Positions 22,797-33,367 of a stretch of DNA of 64,000 nucleotides are shown here, one piece after another. The DNA is from Tubulanus polymorphus (lineage: Eukaryota; Animalia; Nemertea). Below the pieces are notes generated by a model, which had not been told where the DNA came from, searched no databases, and saw nothing but the letters and a program-made list of their open reading frames with translations. Positions within the stretch are counted from its first letter, which is position 1. Every line of letters starts with the position of its first letter. The position numbers were made by a program, and so were the translations under genes. Location of the stretch: assembly GCF_964204645.1 (NCBI RefSeq), contig NC_134029.1, forward strand, positions 12,550,850 through 12,614,849, in the 5' to 3' direction.

Positions 22797-23409
22797 TTAT
22801 TTTATAAATTTATATTCATAGGGAAATTGTAATCTCAGTAATAATTTTGAACCTTTATTATTCTTTAATTTATTCATATATTCATCATGTAACTCAGTAG
22901 GTATAATTTGATTTTCTTCCAATGATTGTTGCATAGATTTTTTATCTTTGTTATAAAATAAAACTAGAAATCTTATATTCTCCTTAAAGTCTTTAACAAT
23001 TGAATTATATTTTTGATTTAAAACCCGTGTTGTTATCCCAAAATGTCTCCCAGAGAAAGCTAGATAACATAACTCACTTTCTCTAACTTTTGAATCATTG
23101 TAAATTTGCGCAATCATCTACAATGAATAATGTATTTGATCCTTTATAAGTATCAATTGCTATTTTTATACAAATATCTAAATTTTCTTTTACTGTTTTA
23201 GGATTTAATATAATAAACTTTTTCATCTTAACTATATCTCTATTATATGTTTTATTCATTTCATAAGTAGGACAGAATAATATTATATTATCAAAATGAT
23301 TCTTATAAATAGTTTCTAACAAATCTAATATGAAATGTGTTTTACCACAATTGGTTACTCCAGTTATTAACATATTATGCGGTTCAAATATAAATAAATC
23401 TTTATTCAT
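22797..23409 (-). pseudogene. A32-like packaging ATPase, one frameshift near 23100
   Basis: GVTNCGKT, FIVDD, SGRHFGIT. Confidence 0.9.
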
Positions 23410-24493
23410 TTATTCTTTTAATTTTACTAGATAAAATCCATTCATTAAATTTATCATCGTATCCTTTATATTTCACCAAAGAATACTTTTTTCCTTTAAG
23501 AGTTTTTGTTTTCAATACTTTTTCTATTTTGTATTCTATTTCATCTGGATTTGGTACAAGTGATAATTCTTGTTCATAGAAATAACCTAATATTTCTTCA
23601 TCTTTTAAATCTTCTAATTTATAAACAAATGGTTTAGTTAATATTATCTTTTTAATCTTGAATATTTCTTCTGTAGAATTAGGGGTATAACCTTTATAAA
23701 ATGTTTTTCTATATTTAGATATTCTAACGTGTTGTCCTATTTTGAATTTAGGTTCACCGAAATCATGTGTAACAAATGCGCCATATAAATTATTCCAAAC
23801 TATTTCGGAATTATCTTCTTTTCTAGCTTGTATAGGTTTCATATTTATAGAACTATGTTTAGAATTATTATAACCTTTCACTAAATCATCTAATACATCG
23901 ATATATTTATATGTTTCATTAGCAGTAAAATATTTCCACATTCTAGTTTTCAATGTTTTATTAAATCTTTCTATAATAGATGCTTTTTTATCTGAGTGTG
24001 TTGAAAAATAATCTACATCGTTATCAGATAATAGTTTTTTAAAATGTTTGTTATAGAATTCCTTACCTTCATCAAATTGTATCTTATCTGGAATAGCTTC
24101 TTTAAATATTGATTTAAAAGAATTTGTCACTTCTATACCAGTTTTATTTTCGATTGGAATTGACCATGCGTATCTACTGAATATGTCTATAACATTTAAT
24201 ATCCAGAAATATCCTTTGTTGTATTCCTCTAAGTTCTTCATGTCAATTAAATCTGCTTGCCATTGTTGATCGATATATGAAACCATAACTTTTCTTGTTA
24301 AATAAGTTTTATCCATTTTCTTTTGGATTTGATATGTTGGTTGATTTTGTAACCATGATTTTAATTCGCTATATTTTATACCACCATTTTCATTATCAGA
24401 TTTAATTTTATTCCATAATTCTGAAACGTTAGAATATGATACTTCACTTTCTGGGTTATAATATAAATCTCTTAAATATTGTTCTTTTTTCAT
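23402..24493 (-). CDS. Intact DDE integrase with C-terminal chromodomain
   Basis: WQADLIDM, QFDEGKEF and IIERFNKTLK form the catalytic triad; YKIEKVLK...LVKYKGYDDKFNEWI is the chromodomain. Confidence 0.95.
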   Translation of the reverse strand: MKKEQYLRDLYYNPESEVSYSNVSELWNKIKSDNENGGIKYSELKSWLQNQPTYQIQKKMDKTYLTRKVMVSYIDQQWQADLIDMKNLEEYNKGYFWILNVIDIFSRYAWSIPIENKTGIEVTNSFKSIFKEAIPDKIQFDEGKEFYNKHFKKLLSDNDVDYFSTHSDKKASIIERFNKTLKTRMWKYFTANETYKYIDVLDDLVKGYNNSKHSSINMKPIQARKEDNSEIVWNNLYGAFVTHDFGEPKFKIGQHVRISKYRKTFYKGYTPNSTEEIFKIKKIILTKPFVYKLEDLKDEEILGYFYEQELSLVPNPDEIEYKIEKVLKTKTLKGKKYSLVKYKGYDDKFNEWILSSKIKRINE

Positions 24494-24499
24494 CTTATT

Positions 24500-24868
24500 T
24501 TAATCCATTAATAATAATTTAGATTTAGTTTCAATGGCTTTATGATTTGACTTATTTTCTGGTATAATAGGTTTATTGTCATTGGAATCATCTTTATCAT
24601 TAGATTTGAATTTTGATTTATATATTACACCGGATAATATAATAACTGTTACTAATCCAATTGTAATATATAATTTATAATTACTTCCAGCATTAGAAGA
24701 ATCAGATGAATTATTATTTGAATCAATATCAGATAAAGTCTGTGATTCATTTATATCAGTTAATTTCTTTTTCTTAGCTTTTTTTAACTCTGAAGATCTT
24801 TTACCTAATTCTCTTGCCCATTTAATTTGTTTCTCGGATCTAGCCTTTTTCTTAACGCTATCACTCAT
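24500..24868 (-). CDS. Small basic protein with one TM helix
   Basis: Homolog of 3295-3663. Confidence 0.75.
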   Translation of the reverse strand: MSDSVKKKARSEKQIKWARELGKRSSELKKAKKKKLTDINESQTLSDIDSNNNSSDSSNAGSNYKLYITIGLVTVIILSGVIYKSKFKSNDKDDSNDNKPIIPENKSNHKAIETKSKLLLMD

Positions 24869-25463
24869 TTATTTTAGTTAATTTTTGTTCTGATTCATTT
24901 TCTGTTTCGCTGTTTGGTTGTAGTACATCTGTTTCGTTCTTACCTGATTTATATTCCATAGGCTTGATGTTCGAAAATGTTATGACACCAGTAGAAATTA
25001 ATGTCATAACCGATCCTAATTGAAATGAATAATAACCAACCCATTTTTGTAATTCAGTCATAACTAAATAGTCATTTTTCAAATCACTATATAATTTATT
25101 TTCATCATTAATTGGTATTAACTGGTTACATAACTTAGAATAACATTTGACAATACCATCTGAAATAGAATCATTTATTCGGGCTAATCTTGCCTCTTCA
25201 TAAATCTTAAAATATTTTATTACTTTATCGGGTTTCATAGCATTTAATTCTTGAAAAGTAATAATTCTATTTAAAAACTCTTTAGTTTTTCCACCGGCAA
25301 TCAATAGTTCTAGATGATGCTTACAATATGAATAGTATTCATAATCTATATTACAATTAACTTGAGCACAATTAGTTACAACTGTATCTTTATTATCACT
25401 TATACCCAAATCATCTAATGTTTTTTCAATATCAATACTATTCTTATTAGATTTCTTTGACAT
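24861..25463 (-). CDS. Conserved element protein (~200 aa)
   Basis: Homolog of 2757-3362. Confidence 0.8.
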   Translation of the reverse strand: MSKKSNKNSIDIEKTLDDLGISDNKDTVVTNCAQVNCNIDYEYYSYCKHHLELLIAGGKTKEFLNRIITFQELNAMKPDKVIKYFKIYEEARLARINDSISDGIVKCYSKLCNQLIPINDENKLYSDLKNDYLVMTELQKWVGYYSFQLGSVMTLISTGVITFSNIKPMEYKSGKNETDVLQPNSETENESEQKLTKINE

Positions 25464-25672
25464 TTATATTAGAGAAAAAAAGCAAAATAGAAAATATTAT
25501 AAGTATTCTTCAAATGATACTAGCTAGTTAAAGCTAAAGAATTTCTATTCGGATCTATTCAAAATATAAAGTATTCTCTTTTTGAAAAGAAAATATTAGA
25601 AATATAATAGAATTCACTGGTTAGTTGAAGTTGTGTAATTGTTAATATTTTTTATTTGAGATATATTAATCT

Positions 25673-26344
25673 TTAACCACTCATTAAAGACTCAACGTAT
25701 TGTTCATTATTTGGATCATTGTTCCATTGATCAATAAATTTCTTTGCCTTTGTTAACTGTTCTAAATATAACTGTAAATCTAGTTTATTAGATTTAATTA
25801 TGTTTTCCTTCTTTTCTAAAGGTCTTAAATTCTTCCAATTCCAAATAAGTTTTTTATTGTATTCATCATTCATGTTAAATTTAGATATTGGTAACGTATG
25901 ATCAATATGAAAGTATTCACCATAATTATCTATATTCATTTTATCGTCGAATTGATATACAATCCATGATTTAAAAAATTTATCTGAACAACCCAATAAA
26001 TTAGATAGTGTTTCTGAATGTGTTTCTTTGTTGAATAATTGTGTTAATCTAGATCTTAAGCATTGTTTCAATCTAAAATTAAGATCTGTTTGATATCTTT
26101 CTCTCATATATTCTGCGATATAATAATTATAATGTTCTATATTATCTTCTCGGTATTGTTTGGTATATAGTTTAAAACAAGTTTTATAGCAATATTGAAA
26201 ACCATCTTTGCTTATCTTACGCTTACTAAATTCTGTTAAAGCTAATTTATCTAATTCACATTTAGAACACTTCTTGTAATATATATTTATAACACCAGCA
26301 GTGTTATTTGTAATATTGATAATTTGTGGTTGTTCTGGTTCCAT
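25673..26344 (-). CDS. HNH-family endonuclease with N-terminal zinc ribbon
   Basis: CSKC...C..C zinc ribbon, LLGCS, and HIDHTLP...NLRPL...N..K nuclease motif. Confidence 0.75.
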   Translation of the reverse strand: MEPEQPQIINITNNTAGVINIYYKKCSKCELDKLALTEFSKRKISKDGFQYCYKTCFKLYTKQYREDNIEHYNYYIAEYMRERYQTDLNFRLKQCLRSRLTQLFNKETHSETLSNLLGCSDKFFKSWIVYQFDDKMNIDNYGEYFHIDHTLPISKFNMNDEYNKKLIWNWKNLRPLEKKENIIKSNKLDLQLYLEQLTKAKKFIDQWNNDPNNEQYVESLMSG

Positions 26345-26479
26345 TTATTATATGTATTTTTTACTAAATTGGTTAATATTTTAGAATCCTCTTCCATTTC
26401 TTCGACCAACGTCATCCTTTTTCATTCCTCGCTGCTTTTGATAAGTTTTTTCGATTCCTTGATATCTAAATAATACCAC

Positions 26480-27005
26480 TGGGCAAAAGCGCGCATTCAT
26501 GCGCGCTTTTGCTTAATGCGCATGCGCTAATCATAATTATATATTCATTATGTAAATTCTGTAAAATAGAAACAACCGAACACAGAAAATATCAAAACGT
26601 GTTCGCATTAAGCAAAAGCGCGCATACAGGCGCGCTTTTGCTTAATGCGCATGCGCTAATCATAATTATATATTCATTATGTAAATTATGTAAAATAGAA
26701 ACAACCGAACACAGAAAATATCAAAACGTGTTCGCATACAGGCGCGCTTTTGCTTAATGCGCATGCGCTAATCATAATTATATATAATTATGTAAATAGA
26801 AACAACCGACATGAAATATCTAAATCATACCACTGAGCAAAACCGCGCATTCGTGCGCGCTTTTGATCAATGCGCATGCGCTAATCATAATTAGGGTTTT
26901 CTGTTATTTCACAGAAAACCCTATTGATATCCGCGTGATTATTATTGGAGTTTTCTGTTATTTCACAGAAAACCCTATTGATATCCGCGTGATTATTACT
27001 ATTAT
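26480..27005. repeat. Array of four ~112-129-bp units with GC-rich palindromes, followed by two AGGGTTTTCTGT/ACAGAAAACCCT-type palindromes
   Basis: GCAAAAGCGCGC...GCGCGCTTTTGC hairpins. TAATGCGCATGCGCTAATCATAATT-type units start near 26511, 26640, 26752 and 26865. Confidence 0.85.
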
Positions 27006-27029
27006 TATTTTCTTCCACACTATTTTTAC

Positions 27030-28852
27030 CAAAAGAACATAGGCTTTGTTACTTTACCGCTGTTTCATATACAATCCATATAATATCGTTCAGCTCACTG
27101 AGATCTACAAATAGCCCGCGTGTTTTTTCACGAATCATCGTTACAAAAGCACTGTCGGGCTGTAAACATCGAAAATTTAGCCCCATTCAATGGGGCGACA
27201 TGTTTTTCGAGTCGTCATCCCGAAATCAACCCGCAGGCCGACTGTCACTTCGATTATCAATTCAAGTATAAATGAACTAATTTATTGCCGCAGACTTCAC
27301 ATTCAGTCGCGGTCTTCAAACAGTGATTTTAACAATAGCCCATTTTCCTCATCAAATCATATTACCGATACACTGGAAATTTACTACTTTAGATTTTAAA
27401 AGCACTGTCGAGCCGTAAACATCGACGAATCGACGTGTGTTACTACATCGACGTTCCGGGGATGAGCTGCGAGTTTCTCCTCATCATGAGAATCAAATCG
27501 AGTACAAATTAATTTATTACTACCAGTGATTTGGCTGCGGGTTTCAAGGAGTTAGTTTAACAATACCTATTTTTCTTTACCGAATTAACCGTGTATTTAC
27601 TAAGATAAATCTTTAGTGTACCGGGGAATCGTAGGCATAAACTAAACAGGCCGAAGAGATATGGCGGAGAAAAGCTGTTATGTTGACGAGGTATCAAAAT
27701 AAAATAATATATTACTTTATTCGGCCGCGGGCTTCAACCATTTATCAATACTCTATATTTCCTACAGTACATACCGATCATTGTCAAATCCACAAGGTAT
27801 TTACTAAATACAAGTATATAACACACTCCTATCCGTATGTTGGACTCACACTTGACATTCGGAGTAAGCGTTCGCTGTGGGGGAAAGGAGATCGTTCGCT
27901 GTGTCGCTTGAAGTGTTTATCGAGCTTTACGCGACCTTAAGGCTTTAGTATGGTGGCTGATAAGATAAAAAAATACGAATATGCAAATGAGGGCGACATT
28001 ACGACAAAACGACAAAACTAAAATAATGCGAGAAAACAATGATTTTGATTTTGTCGCGACAATTCATTATTTTGGTTTTGACACACGCGACAATTCAATA
28101 TTTTGGTTTTATCGCCCGCGACAATTCATTATTTTGGTTTTATCGCCCGCGACAATTCATTATTTTGGTTTTATCGCCCGCGACAATTCATTATTTTGGT
28201 TTTGTCGCCCGCGAAAATTCAATATTTTGGTTTTATCGCCCACGACAATTCACTACTTTGGTTTTATCGCCAGCGACAATTCATTATTTTGGTTTTGTCG
28301 CCCGCGACAATTCTTCTTTTTGGTTTTGCCGGCCGCGACAATTCATTATTTTGGTTTTATATTTTGTTTTTGTCGCCCGCGACAATTTTTTTTTTTTGGT
28401 TTTCTCGCCCGCGACAATTCAATATTTTGGTTTTATCGCCTGCGACAATTCAATATTTTGGTTTAATCGCCTGCGATAATTCATTATTTTGGTTTTGTCG
28501 CCCGAGACAATTCATTATTTTGGTTTTGTCGCCGGCGACAATTCATTATTACGGTTTTATCGCCCGCGACAATTCATTATTTTGGTTTTGTCACCCGCGA
28601 CAATTCACCATTTTGGTTTTGTCACCTGCGACAATTCATTATTTTGGTTTTATCGCCCGCGACAATTCATTATTTTGATTTTATCGCCCGCGACAATTCT
28701 TTTTTTGGTTTTGTCGCCCGCCACAATTTTTTTTTTTGGTTTTGTCGCCCGCGACAATTCAATATTTTGGTTTTATCGCCTGCGACAATTCAATATTTTG
28801 ATTTTATCGCCCGCGATAATTCATTATTTTGGTTTTGTCGCCCGAGACAAAA
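27030..28852. mobile_element. Non-Maverick repeat element ending in a 31-bp satellite; ~27442-28066 is repeated at ~63381-64000
   Basis: Near-identical ~620-bp segment at the window end. The element joins directly to a Maverick gene at 28850. Confidence 0.7.
28057..28852. repeat. 31-bp tandem repeat (~25 copies) CGACAATTCATTATTTTGGTTTTATCGCCCG
   Basis: CGACAA recurs at 28088, 28119, 28150 and onward. Confidence 0.95.
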
Positions 28853-28985
28853 TGTTGATAGATTTGATATAAATGATATTTTAAAATTAACATTAGCAGT
28901 TACTTTATCTAATTTAACTATTGATTATTTGGAAAAACAAAAATATATTCTTCCTATATACATGCATAATTGTTTTGCTAAATAA

Positions 28986-29412
28986 ATGGCTTCTGCAATT
29001 ATAACTATTATAGGATCGGCAATTGTTTACGCTTTAGCATTTACAGGTGGTGGTTATTTATTCAAGCATATTGATAAAAATGGATTATTATCAGAACAAA
29101 AAAGACATAACTTAGCATTAGAGAAATACAATAAAGCAGCAGAAGAATACAGAAAAAAAGAGGCAAAACTACATGGATTATATCAATAAAGAATTATATG
29201 ATCAGAAGATTTCGCATAGAGATTTTCAATCAGTCGATGATGATGCAATAAGTTTATATAACGCGGTAACAAATAAAGAAAAATTACATCTACATAAACC
29301 TAAATTATCAGATTATTATACCCGAAGTAAAGAACAACAGAAATATGAAATAATTTGGATTTTAGGCGGAACAGTTATTGTTATATTTGTAGCATATAAA
29401 TTTACTAAGTAA
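28986..29412 (+). pseudogene. Copy of the 15147 gene, frameshifted
   Basis: Near-identical protein pieces. Confidence 0.75.
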
Positions 29413-29429
29413 TTTTTTTTGCTAAATAA

Positions 29430-29864
29430 ATGGATGATAAAGTTGATAATATTGATATTATTCCTCATGATATAAATGAAACTAAATTAGAATTATATTT
29501 AGAAAAACAAATATTAGAATTTGGAAGTGACTTAAAGATAAAAAAGAAAAAATATTTAAAAAGTAAAATTATATATTATTTTATTATCAGTCGTTCAGTT
29601 ACAATTAGTTCTGTAATAACATTTCTAGCAATATTCAGTCCATTAACACCTTAAGCTATATCAATTGGTGTGTTAGGTTTTAGTTCAAGTGTTTTAACTG
29701 GTATAAGTTCAAAATTAAATATAAAAAGTAATAAAGAAAAAATTAAAACTAATATGAAAGAAATTAATAAATTAAAAAATACACTAGATTATATAATAAG
29801 TTTAAATGGTTATATCACAGTTGAAGAACAAGATAAATTATTAAAAGAATTAATTAATTATTAA
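29430..29864 (+). pseudogene. Copy of the two-TM gene, premature stop
   Basis: TAA at 29652-29654 where the paralog has TTA. Confidence 0.7.
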
Positions 29865-29880
29865 TTTTTTAATTATATAA

Positions 29881-31184
29881 ATGGGGTTTCCAAAAGCTTT
29901 CCAATATAATAGATCAATTAAATATAATATTCCTGCAATAGATTTTAACAAAAATATTACATATAAAAATTAAGTTTTAAATTCATTAACTAATTTAGAA
30001 ATTTATGTTACTGAAACACAGTTCTTTATTTCTAAAATGGAAAATATATTTAATACATATGAAGTCACTTTTACTCGAGATGAATATCATATGTATAAAG
30101 TAAAATCTAATATGAAATATTGGCAGAATCAATTAAATTTTGCTGTTTATTGTGCAACAACTGGTTGTGGTATAAGTTGGAATGATCATTTAAATAACTT
30201 AGATAAAAATTTGAATTATTCTGATTTAAAATTAATTCGCACAATATTTAGATTTCACACGTATTTTCAAATCAGAATAATATTAAATGAATTAGAATGT
30301 CCTTTGCCCGGATCTAAATATTTTAAAGAATTGGACAATAATATTAATCTATCTAAGTTCTATAAAATATGTAATGAATTTAATATAAATATTAATTCCG
30401 ATTTTAGAGCGCATGGTAAATTGCAAGGTATTGGTGAACAGTATGAAATAAAAAGAATTGATTATATGCATAGAATTGGAGCTTATCATAATTATAAAAT
30501 TGATAATAATAATGGTTGGATTAATTTCATTTTAGAAAATAGTGAAGGTTTTACAAAATCAGACATACAAAGAATAAATCATTCAATTAGAACTTATTTA
30601 ATTTGTATTCTAGGTGCACAGGATGAAACAAGATCACCAATAGTTGGAAATGATAACACTTCATTCGATGCGCAGAAACAGTTCAAAGTATTATTTGAAG
30701 ATTCCATTCATAATGATAAAAATAGATCGATTCCAGAAAACATTGTAAGATATCAAAATTATTTAGATAAATCACATATTAGATTAAATTATTGTATAGG
30801 CCCTAATCTATTAATTATTTCTAATGATTTAGTATAAAAGATGGGAAATATAATTGGTTATAATAATCTAATTAAGACTGCAACAATAAATAATTTATTT
30901 GGATTGAATGATATAAATAAAAAGATTATTACTGCTCCAAATTAATGGAAGGTGAAAAAAAATAAAAAACACATTCAATCAACAGAAACTAAAACTAAGA
31001 ATATAATATTAAATAATGATTCTAAAATAAAAGATTACAATACTACAGCAGATATAAAAAACTGATAATATTCAACATGACATAATTAAACTAAATGATG
31101 ATAATAAATCCTAATGAAAATGCTAAATAAGCTATAACTTGTATAGGAATTGTAATCGGAGGAATATTATATTTTAAATTTTAA
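29881..31184 (+). pseudogene. Copy of the YWQNQLNFAVYCATTG gene, disrupted
   Basis: Collinear with 16035-17356. Confidence 0.75.
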
Positions 31185-31199
31185 TTTTTTATTATATAA

Positions 31200-32904
31200 A
31201 TGGAAGAAGATATTCCAATGGATACTTTTGGTGACGCCCCCGGTATAAGTGATGAACCACAACCTGATTTTAATGAAACTAATATTGATAATGATGATGG
31301 ATCAGAATATAATACTTATTTTGGTGAAGATGATTCTAGTGGGCCTATATTATATGATTATGATGAATTTAAATATGATACTGTAACAAGTGAAAAATTA
31401 ATAGATTAATTAAGAACCCGCGATGAGATAATAATTAAAACTAGACCAGAAAGAAAAGATTTAATTAATAGATTAGAAAGAAAAGAAAACCCTGTATTGA
31501 AAAAAGAATTATTATACATAAAACATGGTGTAACAAATACAGTTATTGAAGAACTATTACCAAAAAATGTAACATATAACATTGAACCAGAAGATATTTC
31601 AGAACAAATTAGAAAAGATGATCCACATTTCATGAATAACTTAGAATTTAAAAATGATTCATTGTTTTATAAAGTTGAATTAAATAACGAAACTGTATCA
31701 ATTCAATTATCTAAAATGGGACAAGAAGATCTGTACCATCCTGAAATGCGAGCAAGATCTACAATTGAAGGTTCAAAAGGCGGTAGAGAATTTCTCAGAA
31801 TTATATGGAATGCACTCGATAGAATAAATGAAGAAGAACCAATTCCTAATATTGATATTAACAAATAAATCCAAATCCAAATCCTACTGATGTTGATCCA
31901 GAAATGGAAGAGTATGCAGATCGATTAGATAGATTAAGATCTTCAACACCCGAAACATCGAGAAGAGATATTCAACCAATTGATAATGATTCAAGGCAAT
32001 TACAATTAGTAAAACATTTTGATAGCATGTTAGATACAGTTCATTCATTTGAAGAAGAGATCAATAGTGTTTTAGATACACCCGGTACTGAAACTGGAAT
32101 AAATCGAATACAATCTTTACTAGAAAAAGGATTATTTGATTTAACCGATGATGAATTAGAAGCATTTCCTAAACAAGCACGTAGAGAAATTAAAGGTATG
32201 CAGGAATCAGCTGATAAAATTGCGCATGAAAAAAGTAAAAGAGATATTAAAATTAGATTTTTAGAAAAAGAATTAACTGATAAAAATAAAGAAATAGAAC
32301 AATTAAAGTCTGATTTAGATCATCAAGTAATTGATGAAATAGAATATAGGCAAAAAGAATTACGTTTAGAAAAATAAAAAAGATGATTTAAAATATAACA
32401 GAATTACAAAAAGAAGAAATTAAATTATTATTAAAATCATATGATTATAATATTAATAGATTAAAAATTATTTTCAAAGATTTGTTGATTAAACCAAATT
32501 CTGAAATATCGTTAAAAGATAGAATAAAATTATTATTTACGTTAGAAGGTATAACAATTCTTTCAATTCTAACAGCTGTAACTATCGTGTTTACAACAAT
32601 TGGTTTAGCTATATCAAATTCACTGAAATCTACTCCTACTCCCAATAAACCGGATAAACCTCCGAGTAATAATTCTATACAAGATAAAGTTAAGGATGGT
32701 TTAAAAAAATTAGCAAAATATTTATGGGAACTATCTAAAAAATCTGCTGCAGCTTCACCCGGAGTCATTGCATCAATTGTTAGTTTTATATTGAAATCTG
32801 CAGGAAACATTATTAACTTTGCTGCTGAACATATTATTTTATTTTTAATTACAGTTGGAAGTGCAATTATTTTTGGGTGAGTGAATATGAAAAAAAAAAA
32901 ATAA
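31200..32904 (+). pseudogene. Copy of the long coiled-coil/membrane gene with a divergent central region, disrupted
   Basis: PGISDE N-terminus and hydrophobic C-terminus shared with 17372-19944. Confidence 0.7.
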
Positions 32905-33091
32905 TTTATCTAATACTAAGTTAGTATTAGATAAAACAACTGTTTTATAGTATAAACTGAGAATGAAAATAAACCTGTAAGCATAATAATTGATTTAATA
33001 TTCTGTTGATTTTTATATATTAGATGTAATAAGTTTAATATATTTTCACTCATTTTTATAGTCAAAATATATGAAATTAAAAGATGCTGTT

Positions 33092-33310
33092 TTAATCCTC
33101 TAAATCATTTTCTAAATTAACTTTTTTATTCTTTTTATTTCTGTGATTGTTTCCATTTAACTTCTTTAATTTTTTACTCAATTTATTATTTTCATTCATC
33201 AAATCCTTACTAATATTCTCATAGTATAAATAAAGCGCAGCCAATATTAATCCTCCTGCTACAAGATAATGTTTCAAATCACTTTTCCCAGTTGGAATGA
33301 AACCATCCAT
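33092..33310 (-). CDS. Small TM protein (72 aa)
   Basis: YLVAGGLILAALYLYY TM segment; T-tract-TAAATG start; NGNNHRNKKNKKV shared with 44316-44858. Confidence 0.65.
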   Translation of the reverse strand: MDGFIPTGKSDLKHYLVAGGLILAALYLYYENISKDLMNENNKLSKKLKKLNGNNHRNKKNKKVNLENDLED

Positions 33311-33367
33311 TTATTTAAGAGAAAAATTAAACAGTTTATAAAATGTTAAATATTTATATGTTTCAAT

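Larger units (their letters stand above)
9865..27020. mobile_element. Maverick/Polinton-like element copy M2, near-complete gene set (right end lost)
   Basis: Left terminus AGTAATAGGGG at 9865. pPolB, SSB-like, penton-like, membrane genes, MCP and ZnF on +; ATPase, integrase, two conserved genes and HNH on -. Confidence 0.8.
28850..32905 (+). mobile_element. Maverick-like fragment M3 (membrane-gene cluster, paralogous to 15012-19945)
   Basis: Same gene order (starts at 28986, 29430, 29881, 31200) with stops and frameshifts. Confidence 0.85.

Noticed and set aside
26345-26470. Possible pPolB 3' remnant upstream of HNH (KRILKY* vs KRILTC*)
   Set aside because: Similarity is limited to a few codons.
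28057-28852. Possible CRISPR array
   Set aside because: Head-to-tail repeats with no unique spacers, no cas genes, eukaryotic context.
27981-28985. Five overlapping ORFs of 113-191 aa
   Set aside because: They are translations of the stop-poor 31-bp satellite in all frames.
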